Virus record (IMG/VR): IMGVR_UViG_3300011443_000008
Coordinates: 1 to 47,021 of that record
Source: a virus
Taxonomy: Duplodnaviria > Caudoviricetes
Length of the DNA: 47,021 nucleotides
Strand: one strand, 5' to 3'
Shown in pieces: positions 18,789-28,387 of this stretch (the first letter of the stretch is position 1; each line of letters opens with the position of its first letter). Under the pieces are notes generated by a model that had not been told where the DNA came from, ran no database searches, and saw only the letters and a program-made list of their open reading frames with translations. The position numbers and the translations under genes are program-made.

Positions 18789-21277
18789 TGCGCGAATACC
18801 TGGTCGAACTCACCGTGTGGGATTCCGACACCGCCAGCACCACGGTGCTGCGGTACTCGACGCACGGGCGCACGACTACGCCTTCGGATGCCCCAGCCAA
18901 TGCGTACTACGCGGCCCGGCTCCGGCAACCCGTCCTGCTGGGGCGCCACGCTTTCCGCGAAGGTGCCTCGTTCGGGCGCTCGCGCAGCGGCCTCGGGGAA
19001 CTGGAGCTGATGAACGGCGACGGCGAACTCGACGCCCTGCTGGACTACGGCTTCGACGGCCGGGGCTTCGCCATCAAGGTGGGCGAGCACACGGCGGCCT
19101 ACTCGACGTTCGAGGAACGGCTGACCGGGACCATGGTCAACGTGGAGTTCGAGCAGGACACCGTCCGCATCTGGCTGCGGGATGCGTCGGTGGATCTCGA
19201 CGTACCACTGCAGCCGAACAAGTACGCCGGCGACAACGTGCTGCCCGATGGACTGGAAGGCACCGGGGACGATCTGCAGGGCAAGCCGAAGCCGGTGTGC
19301 CTGGGCACCGTGAAGAACGTGCCGGCGCCCTGCGTGAACACCGCGAAGCTGATCTACCAGGTGAACGACGGGGCGATAGAGGATGTCGATGCCGTCTATG
19401 ATCGCGGCATCGCGCTGGGGATCACGCCCTACGATCTCGCGGCGGTGACGCACGGACACGGCGACTTCTCTGGTCGCGGCGTGGCAGAGGACGGCGCGGG
19501 GCACATCGTCGCCGGTGGGGGCGATTTCAGCCTCGGCTACGAGGGGTGGATTCTGCACGGCGACGGCGACACCTGGTCGAAGGTGACCCCAGCACTGTTC
19601 GCCAACCACTACATCGAAAGCCTCGCATTCGGCGCAGGCGTGTTCCTCGCGGTGGGCTCGCAGCGCAACGGCGTGGCCGCCGCCCCGGCCATCGCAACCT
19701 CGGCGGATTTCGGTGCAACATGGACGACGCGCACCGCGCCGGGATCATGGACGACGGCTGACAACTTCATCACGTCGGCGCGGTGGCTCGAAGGCGTGGA
19801 CCGTTTCTGCATTATGACCAGAACCGGCAAGGTCGCCATGTCGCCTGACGGCATCACATGGACCGATGCCGGGCTCGCCACGGGCGACGACCTCTGGGAC
19901 TCGGCCACGGACGAGACCGACATCATCGTCGTGGGGGAGACTGGCGGGATCGGGGTTGTGTATCGCAGCACTGACGCCGGCGTGTCGTTCACGTTGGCGA
20001 CCCCCGTCAACCTGAGCGCAACGGCCAGCGGGGCGCTACAGGCGATCTACTACTCGCTCGGCATGTGGGTGCTCGCGGGGCTGGATGGCTCCGTGGCGAC
20101 GGTCTGGTCCTCCGAGGACGGCACGACGTGGGTTCAGCGCATCAAGACCACGGTCGCTGAAAACGTGTTCGACCTGTACTACTCCGATGGGTTCTGGGCC
20201 TGCGGCAGTTCCAGTCTCAACCTGATCTCCCGGGACGGCTACGTCTGGGTTACCGACACCCCGCCGACGAACTACGCCGGCGGGTTCGCGCAGATCGTGT
20301 TCGATGGCCGCTGGTGGTTCGTTGGAGAGCACACCTTCTCACCGGATGGCGGGATCGCCGCTTCTCCGGCGCCCATCCAGTACGCTGACGAAGCGGACCT
20401 GCTGAATGACGATCTCGCGCCGCCGCCCGGCTCCTTCGGGTACTGGGCCGCCGGCGGCCACCTCCGCCTCGGCTCCTCGCCGGACGGCCTCATCACCGCC
20501 GACGTCACCCAGGGTGCATCCGCAACCGACCGCACACCGGCCGCGCTCTTCCGCGCCCTGCTGAACCGTTCGTGGGTCACCGGGGGATTGCTGGGCCAGT
20601 GGGACGAGGACGACCTCGATGACCTGGATACGGCCATCGACGGGGAGTGCGGCTTCTGGACCGATTCCGAAATGACGGTCGCCACGGCCGTGGATCAGGT
20701 CGCCATGTCGGCCGGCGCGTTCTGGGGGCCTGACCGTACCAGCGTGCAGCGCATCAAGCAACTCGCCGCCCCCTCGGGCAGCGCCGTGCTGTCCCTCTCC
20801 GAGGATCAGGTCATCGGCCTGCTGCGCGTCCCGCCGGCGGATGGGCGAGGCTTGCCCTCGCACCGCTCCATCGTGCGCTGGGGACGGTTCTACGCCGTGC
20901 AGCCCACGGACGTGGCGGGCGGGGTCAGTGATGCACGGCGCGGGCAACTGGCGAAGCCGTGGCGTGAGGCACTGGCCGAGGACGCCGACGTGCTCGAAGC
21001 GCACCCGCTCGCGCTCCAGACCGTGGAGGACTCGCTGCTCGCCACCGAAGCCGAAGCGCAGGGCGAAGCCACCAGGCGCCAAGCGTTGCGGGGCACGCGG
21101 CGCGACACGTTCCGCTTCAAGGTGGACCTCAACGAGGACACCGAAGCCCTCGAATTACTGGACGTGATCGACCTGACGCACTCGCGCTACGGGCTCTCCA
21201 GCGGCGAGCTGTGCCGGGTCATCGGCACGGAACCCGATGCCCGGGCCGGCAAAATCACCCTGACTGCGTGGCGCTGA
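18788..21277 (+). CDS. Tail tip/hub protein with inserted beta-propeller (Asp-box repeats)
   Basis: GELEL.N.DG.LD and YAG..GLEG..DL.GKPKP..LG motifs; SxDxxxW/F boxes (SADFGATW, SPDGITW, STDAGVSF, SEDGTTW, SRDGYVW). Confidence 0.8.
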   Translation: MREYLVELTVWDSDTASTTVLRYSTHGRTTTPSDAPANAYYAARLRQPVLLGRHAFREGASFGRSRSGLGELELMNGDGELDALLDYGFDGRGFAIKVGEHTAAYSTFEERLTGTMVNVEFEQDTVRIWLRDASVDLDVPLQPNKYAGDNVLPDGLEGTGDDLQGKPKPVCLGTVKNVPAPCVNTAKLIYQVNDGAIEDVDAVYDRGIALGITPYDLAAVTHGHGDFSGRGVAEDGAGHIVAGGGDFSLGYEGWILHGDGDTWSKVTPALFANHYIESLAFGAGVFLAVGSQRNGVAAAPAIATSADFGATWTTRTAPGSWTTADNFITSARWLEGVDRFCIMTRTGKVAMSPDGITWTDAGLATGDDLWDSATDETDIIVVGETGGIGVVYRSTDAGVSFTLATPVNLSATASGALQAIYYSLGMWVLAGLDGSVATVWSSEDGTTWVQRIKTTVAENVFDLYYSDGFWACGSSSLNLISRDGYVWVTDTPPTNYAGGFAQIVFDGRWWFVGEHTFSPDGGIAASPAPIQYADEADLLNDDLAPPPGSFGYWAAGGHLRLGSSPDGLITADVTQGASATDRTPAALFRALLNRSWVTGGLLGQWDEDDLDDLDTAIDGECGFWTDSEMTVATAVDQVAMSAGAFWGPDRTSVQRIKQLAAPSGSAVLSLSEDQVIGLLRVPPADGRGLPSHRSIVRWGRFYAVQPTDVAGGVSDARRGQLAKPWREALAEDADVLEAHPLALQTVEDSLLATEAEAQGEATRRQALRGTRRDTFRFKVDLNEDTEALELLDVIDLTHSRYGLSSGELCRVIGTEPDARAGKITLTAWR

Positions 21278-21278
21278 C

Positions 21279-21989
21279 ATGAACATTCTGCCCTTCTGGT
21301 ACGCGGACATGCTGGGGTATCGGGACGACGATACCGGCGAAACCCTGCAACTCCTCGCGCCGGTCAACTACGTCGAAGAGTTCCTGGACGACGCGGGCAT
21401 CATCGCGCCGTGGACGGCGCGGGACACCAACGCGGCGACCGAGGCCATCGTGGCAGACGGCGCGCGAGGCGTCATCGCGCTGACGTTGACCAACGCGAAC
21501 GAAGCGCAACTGGCCGGCATCGACTGGGCCGACCACCGGCCGCTGGTGCTGAATCAGTACCTGGCCATCGAGTTCCGCTTCCGGTTCACCGTCCTGCCCA
21601 CCGGCTCGGTGGTCGCGGTGCTGGGCCTGTGCGGAGACCATAACGCGGCGGTCAACACGGTGGCGGAAAGCATCTGGTTCCGGGCCGACGGGTCGGGCGC
21701 CATCACCGTCGAAACGGACGACACCAGCAACGAAACCAGCCAGGTGGCGACGGGCGTGACACTCATCGCAGACCAGTGGTGCGTGGGCCGGATCGAGTGT
21801 GAGGACTTCGAGGACGTGCGGTTCTATCTCGACGGGGCGCGGGTGGCCTCGGGCACCACGTTCAACATGACCACGGTCGATGCGCTGGCCCTGCAACCCG
21901 TGGTGAGGGTGGGAAAAGAAAGTGCGGCCACAACTGTAGGCACGCTGCAAATCGACTACGTGAAAGTGTGGCAACGGAGAGCGGCGTGA
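21279..21989 (+). CDS. Virion protein, putative concanavalin-A-like domain
   Basis: Beta-rich, with IEFRF, VRFYLDG and LQIDYVKVW motifs. Confidence 0.6.
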   Translation: MNILPFWYADMLGYRDDDTGETLQLLAPVNYVEEFLDDAGIIAPWTARDTNAATEAIVADGARGVIALTLTNANEAQLAGIDWADHRPLVLNQYLAIEFRFRFTVLPTGSVVAVLGLCGDHNAAVNTVAESIWFRADGSGAITVETDDTSNETSQVATGVTLIADQWCVGRIECEDFEDVRFYLDGARVASGTTFNMTTVDALALQPVVRVGKESAATTVGTLQIDYVKVWQRRAA

Positions 21990-22660
21990 CCATCACTCGC
22001 AGTAGATCCGAAGCCTTGCGCGACGGGCTGCCACGGTACTTCACCGGGCACCCGTGTCTCCGTGGCCATGTGAGCGAGCGGCGCACCAGCAACTCGCACT
22101 GTGTCGAATGTGAGGCCATCAACCGTCACGAGTTTGAGGCTCGGCATCCGCATCGGAACGCCGAGTACCGACGGCGCTACTATGCGCGCCACGGCGACCT
22201 ACACAAGCAAGGCGTCCGCGCTTGGCGGAAAGCGAACGGCGAACGCTACCTTGCCGCCAAGCGGGCGTGGTGTGCGGCGAACCCCGAGCGCGTGCGGCAA
22301 CAGCGCGCCGACGCCAGGATTCAACACCCTCCAACGATAGAGCAGCGTCGCAAGGACAGCCTGCGCGCGGCCGCATGGAACAAGGAGCACCGCGAACGTC
22401 GCGCTGTCATTTCTCGTTCGGCCGCTTCCCGCCGCCGCGCTGCGCTGCTCAAGGCTACCCCGCCGTGGGTTGACCATAAGGCTATCAACGCCATCTACGC
22501 GGAAGCCGTTCGGCTAACAGAGGCCACTGGGGTGCCGCACGAGGTGGACCACATTGAGCCCCTTCTCGGTCGCGATGCCCGCGGTCTCCATGTGCCATGG
22601 AACTTGCGGGTCATCACGAAGGAACTCAATCGCCGCAAGGGCAATCGGAGAGCCGCGTGA
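21986..22660 (+). CDS. Free-standing HNH (homing-type) endonuclease
   Basis: N-terminal RYFTGHPC..GH..ER..CVEC and C-terminal HEVDHIEPL..GLHVPWNL..N..K.N; inserted between tail genes. Confidence 0.9.
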   Translation: MTITRSRSEALRDGLPRYFTGHPCLRGHVSERRTSNSHCVECEAINRHEFEARHPHRNAEYRRRYYARHGDLHKQGVRAWRKANGERYLAAKRAWCAANPERVRQQRADARIQHPPTIEQRRKDSLRAAAWNKEHRERRAVISRSAASRRRAALLKATPPWVDHKAINAIYAEAVRLTEATGVPHEVDHIEPLLGRDARGLHVPWNLRVITKELNRRKGNRRAA

Positions 22661-23961
22661 GCCGGACCCTGTTCGGTTGGCCGCTCTACTCCGACGTGGG
22701 CGTGACCTACTCACCTGTTCTGAGCGGGGGTTCGTGGCTTACCGCCCTGCCGTTGTCGAATCTCCAGAACCGGGAACTGGCCAAGGTCGCCCGGTCGAGC
22801 AACGACGACCTGACCAGTACGATCATCAAGGCTGACCTGGGCGTGGCGCGCGCGGTGCGCGTGGTCGCAGGGGTGAAGCACAACCTGTCAAGCGCGGCCA
22901 AGGTGCGGGGCCGGCTGATGGGCGCGGTGCCGATCTACGAGGACAATGCGTTGGAGGCGTGGACGCCTTCGGGTACTCCCGTCCTCACGGCGGGGCAGGC
23001 CGACCCGTTCGGTGGCACACGGGCCGTGCTGGTGAACGACGATGACGGCGCGGTGGTGGAGGTCATTCACGACGTGGTGGCCTTTACTGGCGACGGCGTC
23101 AAGGCCATCGGCATCACGCTCAAGGCGGGCACGGCGGCGGTCACCGAGTTCGGCATCTTCGACGAAACGGCGCTGGCGTGGCTTCACCGCATTCGCGCCA
23201 CGTGGAGCGGCGGCGTGCCGACGCTCACAACCACGGCGGGTTCGGGGACGCTGTACACCCCGCAGTTGATTGCGACCGGCTTCTACGCCGCGCTGGTGCT
23301 CGTGGATGGCGTCACCGCCGCTAACACGAACGGCTTCTATCTCTACCCGGCCGGAACCTCTGCGGCCAGTACCGGCACCGTGACCGCCTACGAAGCATTG
23401 GCGTGGGACCTCACCACCCAGCCGGTGCTCTACGACTCTGGCGTGGTGGATGCCTGGCCCACGGGCATCGACGCCGAAGAGTACGAGAACCACACCAAGA
23501 CCTTCCTGCATGTGCTGAGCACCGCCGCCACGGGCCGCTACTGGCGCGAAGAAATCGCGGACACCAGCAACGCCGACGGCTACGTGCAGCTCGGCCGGCT
23601 GGCCATCTGTGGCGCATGGGAGCCGACCTACCACATGAACGTCGGGATGCGGCAGGGTTGGGATACCTCATCGGTATCCGAGGAGTCGGACGGCGGGGCG
23701 ATGATCCACCGCGACCGGGCGGTGCGTCGGAGCGCGGGCCTCACGTTCGGGGACATCTCGCACGATGAGGCACTGGCGAACGCCTTCGAGATGCAGGCCA
23801 AGCTGGGGACCACGAAGCAGTTGTTCGTGGTGCTGGACCCGGACGACTCGACCAACCTGCACCGGCAAAGCTTCCTGTGTCGCCTTCAGGCACTCAGCCC
23901 GCTGGAAGCGCGGAACTATCACCGGCGCGACGTGCCCTTTGCGCTGGTGGAGGAACTGTGA
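22657..23961 (+). CDS. Tail protein with inserted putative carbohydrate-binding domain
   Basis: PLSNLQ..LAKVARS, HNLS and RYWR.EI.D..N.DGYVQLGRL motifs; central DPFGG insertion. Confidence 0.75.
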   Translation: MSRTLFGWPLYSDVGVTYSPVLSGGSWLTALPLSNLQNRELAKVARSSNDDLTSTIIKADLGVARAVRVVAGVKHNLSSAAKVRGRLMGAVPIYEDNALEAWTPSGTPVLTAGQADPFGGTRAVLVNDDDGAVVEVIHDVVAFTGDGVKAIGITLKAGTAAVTEFGIFDETALAWLHRIRATWSGGVPTLTTTAGSGTLYTPQLIATGFYAALVLVDGVTAANTNGFYLYPAGTSAASTGTVTAYEALAWDLTTQPVLYDSGVVDAWPTGIDAEEYENHTKTFLHVLSTAATGRYWREEIADTSNADGYVQLGRLAICGAWEPTYHMNVGMRQGWDTSSVSEESDGGAMIHRDRAVRRSAGLTFGDISHDEALANAFEMQAKLGTTKQLFVVLDPDDSTNLHRQSFLCRLQALSPLEARNYHRRDVPFALVEEL

Positions 23962-23963
23962 TG

Positions 23964-24161
23964 CTAGCGCACGACGATGGGCGGCGGGCACACATGGCCC
24001 GGGGCGCAGGGTGGCTCCACGCCGGCCGGGCATTGCCACGACTCCCAGGTGTAGCCGTTGCGCTGCTCGCTGGCGACCAGCGTGCAGGTCGCTGGCTCGG
24101 TGGTTCCGCCACAGGCGGCTACCCCTATGAGTAACCACAGGATCGTCCGGTATCGTTTCAT
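23964..24161 (-). CDS. Small Cys-rich lipoprotein
   Basis: MKRYR, a hydrophobic stretch and lipobox VAAC, then four further Cys; fills the gap between tail and lysis genes on the opposite strand. Confidence 0.7.
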   Translation of the reverse strand: MKRYRTILWLLIGVAACGGTTEPATCTLVASEQRNGYTWESWQCPAGVEPPCAPGHVCPPPIVVR

Positions 24162-24218
24162 GCCGCACGATAGGGTTCACATGCGCCACCAGCAAGTACC
24201 CGCAGGGGGACCAGGTAC

Positions 24219-24446
24219 ATGACGACCGGGGAAGTCATTGCAGCGGCAGTCCCTACGGGCGCCCTGATCGGATGGCTGGCCAAGCATTTTCACGCGCACA
24301 AGAACGGGAACGGGAACGGCAACGGGATCGGGTCGAAGCTCGACCGCATCGGGGACCTGCTGGAGGCGGTGAAGGAGAACACCAAGGGCATCCCGGTGGC
24401 GATCAATCGGATCGAACACATCGAGCGCAAGGTGGAGGAGAAGTGA
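24219..24446 (+). CDS. Putative holin/antiholin-like protein
   Basis: Single N-terminal hydrophobic helix and charged coiled C-terminus, upstream of the endolysin. Confidence 0.5.
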   Translation: MTTGEVIAAAVPTGALIGWLAKHFHAHKNGNGNGNGIGSKLDRIGDLLEAVKENTKGIPVAINRIEHIERKVEEK

Positions 24447-24775
24447 GCGACCCGGGAAAGACGCATGTCGGATTGGTCACTCAGCGCATCCGGGCCATCC
24501 CGGCCGAGAAGCGCACCAAGAAGATCGGGCGCACGCTCGCTGGCGCGGCGCTGCTGGTCGCGGGCCTCAAGGGCGGGCCGCTGCTCAAGGCGGCGGAAGT
24601 CGCCCACTCGCAGACCATCGTGACGGTCGCCGTAGTGCTGGGCGCGGTCATGATGTCCTTCGAGTTCGTGGTCCTGCCACTGGTCACGCTCATCGCCCTG
24701 GCCAAGGATGCGGTCAACGTCGTGGTGGCGTTCCTGAATCGGAAGAAGGCCAACGGCGACGAGGCGCAGTCGTGA
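24443..24775 (+). CDS. Putative holin (multi-TM protein)
   Basis: Two to three hydrophobic segments and basic ends; GTGA overlap. Confidence 0.55.
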   Translation: MSDPGKTHVGLVTQRIRAIPAEKRTKKIGRTLAGAALLVAGLKGGPLLKAAEVAHSQTIVTVAVVLGAVMMSFEFVVLPLVTLIALAKDAVNVVVAFLNRKKANGDEAQS

Positions 24776-25269
24776 CCACCGACTATCGCACGCTCGTAAT
24801 CCCCGGCCACCCCAACGCCACCGGCAAAGGGTTGGTGCGCGAGCACGTAGCCGTCGTGGTCACCGCGCGTGGCGGCCGGCCGATTCCGAAGGGTGCCGTG
24901 GTCCACCACGTCAACGAGGACCGCTCCGACAACCGACCGCGCAACCTCGTGCTCTGCCAGGACCAGGCGTACCACCGCCTCATCCACCGCCGTGCTGATG
25001 CGCTGAAGGCGTGCGGACACGCCGGCTGGCGGCTGTGCAAGGTCTGCAAGACGTACTCCGACCCGGCGACGATGCGGAATGTCGGCTACCGACCGGATGG
25101 CGAGCCCCGCGGGTTCATGCATCACGCCTGCGCGACGGCCCGCACGCGCGCGTGGCAAGACGCCAACCGCGACCGCGTCAACGAACTAGCGGCCAAGTCG
25201 CGCGCCAGGCATCGGGTGGTCATCCGCGACCGTGAGCGGGCACGACGGGCGACGAAGGGGACGCCATGA
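24772..25269 (+). CDS. HNH endonuclease
   Basis: HPNA..G.VREH and VVHHVNEDRSDNRPRNL..H..IH motifs. Confidence 0.88.
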   Translation: MTTDYRTLVIPGHPNATGKGLVREHVAVVVTARGGRPIPKGAVVHHVNEDRSDNRPRNLVLCQDQAYHRLIHRRADALKACGHAGWRLCKVCKTYSDPATMRNVGYRPDGEPRGFMHHACATARTRAWQDANRDRVNELAAKSRARHRVVIRDRERARRATKGTP

Positions 25270-25925
25270 CGCTCGCCATCGACCGCTCGCTTCGACTCCC
25301 GCACGGCCAGTATTACAGCCGGGCCCAGAAGAAGAACGCCATCGTCCTGCACCACACGGTGGGCGGCTCGGCCCGCTCGAGCTTCGACTGGTGGGCCAGT
25401 GACCCCCGGGTGATCGGCACGGCGTATCTGGTCGAGCGGGACGGGACGATCTACGAGGTGTTCCCGCCCGAGTGTTGGGCCGGCCACCTGGCGTGCCACG
25501 ACCCGGAGATGGAGAAGCGCACCATCGGCATCGAGTTGGCGAGCGAGGGCGCGCTGACGGAGCGCGACGGACAGCTCTGGGCGTTCGACGGCAAGCGGCG
25601 GCTGGGCGCACGCGATGAGATGCTGAAGGCGGGCCGGGTGGTGCGCTTCGGCGGCGGTGGGTGGCGCGGCTACGAGTGGTTCGACGTCTACGACGAAGCG
25701 CAGATCGTGAGCACGATCAAGCTGGTCGCGCACCTGTGCGAGACCTTCGGTATCCCCAAGGCGTTCGCTCCTGAGATGCAGCGGCCGACCGGGGACGCTC
25801 GAGCCCTGCACACCTTCGCCGGAATCTTCCATCACGCCTGCGTCCGGGCTGACAAGTCCGACATGCACCCGCTGTTCCCGTGGGACCGCTTGCAGTACGC
25901 CCTGACCGAACGACTGGCCGCATGA
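25266..25925 (+). CDS. Endolysin, N-acetylmuramoyl-L-alanine amidase (Amidase_2)
   Basis: IVLHHT, AY.V.RDGTI, WAGH, TIGIE and H..VR.DKSD motifs. Confidence 0.92.
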   Translation: MTLAIDRSLRLPHGQYYSRAQKKNAIVLHHTVGGSARSSFDWWASDPRVIGTAYLVERDGTIYEVFPPECWAGHLACHDPEMEKRTIGIELASEGALTERDGQLWAFDGKRRLGARDEMLKAGRVVRFGGGGWRGYEWFDVYDEAQIVSTIKLVAHLCETFGIPKAFAPEMQRPTGDARALHTFAGIFHHACVRADKSDMHPLFPWDRLQYALTERLAA

Positions 25926-26113
25926 GCGAGCCCGCAGTCCCGGTGCGCTACACGCCGCTGGGCAGCGGGCTCTTTGTCGAGCTGGGGCCCGAAGGCGAAT
26001 GGTTGACCACGCTCATTCCCTACGAGCGACTGAGCCCCGAGTGGCGGGACGCCTGCGACATGGCGCGCGCGGACGAGTGGAAGGGCGACGATCCCGACCC
26101 AGGTTTCATATGA
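25922..26113 (+). CDS. Hypothetical protein
   Basis: 63 aa ORF with ATGA overlaps at both ends. Confidence 0.5.
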   Translation: MSEPAVPVRYTPLGSGLFVELGPEGEWLTTLIPYERLSPEWRDACDMARADEWKGDDPDPGFI

Positions 26114-26625
26114 GACCCATCCTGGTCTCGCTCCTGATGCTGGCCGGCTGCATCACGGCCCGCTCGCCCTTGCCCACGATCACGCACTTGGATACCCGAC
26201 CGCTCAACGGATTCCAGGTGGACACCGCGGTCTCCGCGAGGGCCATCGCCTCCTACCGGGAAGCCCTGCGCGACGGTACGGAAACCGCCCTCTGCCTCTA
26301 CGGCGCGGTGCAGACCGTGGACACCCTGCTGCTGCTGTCCATCGACCGGGCCGAAGTGCCCACGGCGATGCAGCGGGCGCCCAAGATGATCCGGTACACC
26401 TGTGAGATCAAAGCCGACTACATCGGCCGCTGGCACGCGCACATCGGCCCCAACCTGTTGGTCGTGCCTTCGACCATCGACGCGGAAGATTTCTGGGGCG
26501 ACACGCGCAGCCTCGTCATGCTGGTCGGTGTCGCGCTGGATTCCTCGTCAGGCTTCGATGTGCTGGTGGTGGCGTGGGAGCTGGTGGACCGACGCCGGGG
26601 CTACCTGCCATTGCGAGGGTTGTGA
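26110..26625 (+). CDS. Lipoprotein with JAB/MPN (JAMM)-like motif
   Basis: Signal MRPILVSLLMLAGC (lipobox LAGC); ETALCLYG ... WHAH-x9-STID. Confidence 0.6.
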   Translation: MRPILVSLLMLAGCITARSPLPTITHLDTRPLNGFQVDTAVSARAIASYREALRDGTETALCLYGAVQTVDTLLLLSIDRAEVPTAMQRAPKMIRYTCEIKADYIGRWHAHIGPNLLVVPSTIDAEDFWGDTRSLVMLVGVALDSSSGFDVLVVAWELVDRRRGYLPLRGL

Positions 26626-26653
26626 TGCATCCCCCGAACATCAAGGAGCGCGC

Positions 26654-26893
26654 ATGAGCAAGGCCAAGGTGTCGCTGGTGGATTTCGCAAGGACGAAGCG
26701 GCGGGCCGACCTGCGGGCGAGTTGCCCGGTCTGCCAGCTGCCCGACGCGGTGCGCGAGGACATGCGGCAGGCGCGGCCCCAGAAGATTCCCCGGGCCACG
26801 GTGCTGGCGTGGCTGAAAGAAATGGGTCACGACGTCGCCAGCACCGCACTGGACACCCACAACCAGGGCAAACATGACATCGAAAGCCCGTAA
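26654..26893 (+). CDS. Small zinc-finger/HTH-like protein
   Basis: AAGGAG RBS; CPVC ... H-x4-H. Confidence 0.6.
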   Translation: MSKAKVSLVDFARTKRRADLRASCPVCQLPDAVREDMRQARPQKIPRATVLAWLKEMGHDVASTALDTHNQGKHDIESP

Positions 26894-27992
26894 GCCCGAT
26901 CTCGCCACCTTCGCGGACGCGCGGGCGAAGGCGCAGTTTGCCGAGAATCAGGAGATCGCCCGCGCCAACCGGACGCTGCGCTCGACGCTGGCGGAACGCG
27001 AGCAGGAACTGGCGGCCGTCAGGAAGCGACTGGCCGAGCACGAACACCCCTCGCTAGCCAAGATCGAGGCGTTGCTTCTCAAGCGCCCCAGCCTGACGCG
27101 CCAGCAGATCACGAAGGAACTGGGCTGTGACCACGCCACGGCCGACGCGGTGTTGGGCGACATGGAAGCCCGGGGCTACAACGTCAGTGACGGCGTGCTG
27201 TCCCGGCAGGCAGGCACCAAGCGGGCCGCGGTCGAGCACTTCTACGGCCCCGAGGTGCGCTTCGGTGTCGTGAGCGACACGCACATCGGCAACCGCCACG
27301 CGATGGAAGAGCAGTTGGCGGAAGCTTACGCGGTGTTCAAGCGCGAGGGCATCACCTCGGTCTACTGTCCGGGCAACCTGATCGACGGCGAGAAAACCTA
27401 CCGGGGGCAGGAGTACGAGATCACCGTCATGGGCGTGGACAATGTCGTGGCGAACCTTGCCCGCGTCTGGCCTCGCGTCCCCGGCATCACCACCTATCAC
27501 GTCGCCTCTTCCACCTGCCACGAAGGTTTCTACCTCAAGAGCGCCGGCATCCTGATCGGCAAGCTCATCGAGAACGCCCGGCCCGACATGAAGTACCTGG
27601 GGATGGACGAGGCCGATGTGGTGCTACAGGACAATGAGGCACGACCGACGTTACGGATCGTGCATCCGGGTGGCGGCACCAGCTACGCGGATTCCTACCG
27701 ACCGCAGAAGATCGTGGAGTCCTATTCGGGCTCCGAGAAGCCGACCATTCTCGCCATCGGCCACTACCACAAGGGCGGCTACTACGACATTCGCGACGTG
27801 GCGGTGATTCAGGCCGGCTGCCTGGAGCGCCAGACGCCCTTCATGCGGAAGCTGTCGCTGCGCGCCGTCATGGGCTTCTGGATCATCGAGGCGCGGTTCA
27901 CGGACGACGGCAGCCTGCGCCGGTTCCGGCCCGAGTTCTTCAAGTATTACATCGGCGGGAACGGACAGGTGCTGCGGAAGTGGGCGGCGTGA
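26874..27992 (+). CDS. HTH plus calcineurin-like metallophosphoesterase
   Basis: N-terminal coil and HTH (LTRQQITKELG); FGVVSDTHIG, GNLIDG, HPGGG and GHYH motifs. Confidence 0.88.
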   Translation: MTSKARKPDLATFADARAKAQFAENQEIARANRTLRSTLAEREQELAAVRKRLAEHEHPSLAKIEALLLKRPSLTRQQITKELGCDHATADAVLGDMEARGYNVSDGVLSRQAGTKRAAVEHFYGPEVRFGVVSDTHIGNRHAMEEQLAEAYAVFKREGITSVYCPGNLIDGEKTYRGQEYEITVMGVDNVVANLARVWPRVPGITTYHVASSTCHEGFYLKSAGILIGKLIENARPDMKYLGMDEADVVLQDNEARPTLRIVHPGGGTSYADSYRPQKIVESYSGSEKPTILAIGHYHKGGYYDIRDVAVIQAGCLERQTPFMRKLSLRAVMGFWIIEARFTDDGSLRRFRPEFFKYYIGGNGQVLRKWAA

Positions 27993-28387
27993 TTGTTTTC
28001 GACCGCTCGGTTCCCGAGGAAGAACGGGTCTGGATTGGCCGACTCGCGCGGCGGTTTCTGCGGGCCTGCGGGCTGGAATCCTGGGAGCTGGTGGTCAAGC
28101 TCAAGCGGTTTCGCGGCACTCAGCTCGCGGAGTGCGAGGTGCAGGCCATGAGCACCCGGGCCATCCTGACGCTGCACCCGGCCCGGCTGGAAAACCGGGA
28201 GGCGGTACGCACCGACGCGATGCATGAACTATGGCACATGCTGGACGAGGAGCTGATCGACACACTGGCTGACTTGGCTGCCCATATCCCCGATGAGAAG
28301 AAACGCCGCCGCGCCTACCGCCGAGCGGAACGGCGCTACGAGGCGTGGCACGACCGGACAGCGCGAGTCGTGGGGAGCCTACTGTGA
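27989..28387 (+). CDS. Putative zinc metallopeptidase (HExxH)
   Basis: AMHELWH motif with a downstream Glu; GTGA overlap. Confidence 0.65.
   Translation: MIVFDRSVPEEERVWIGRLARRFLRACGLESWELVVKLKRFRGTQLAECEVQAMSTRAILTLHPARLENREAVRTDAMHELWHMLDEELIDTLADLAAHIPDEKKRRRAYRRAERRYEAWHDRTARVVGSLL

Noticed and set aside
18788-23961. Diversity-generating retroelement or invertible tail-fibre system
   Set aside because: No reverse transcriptase, template/variable repeat pair or serine invertase was seen.
24755-25255. GGCGACGA on both sides of the lysis-region HNH as a junction duplication
   Set aside because: Only 8 GC-rich bases with no shared peptide; too weak to claim.
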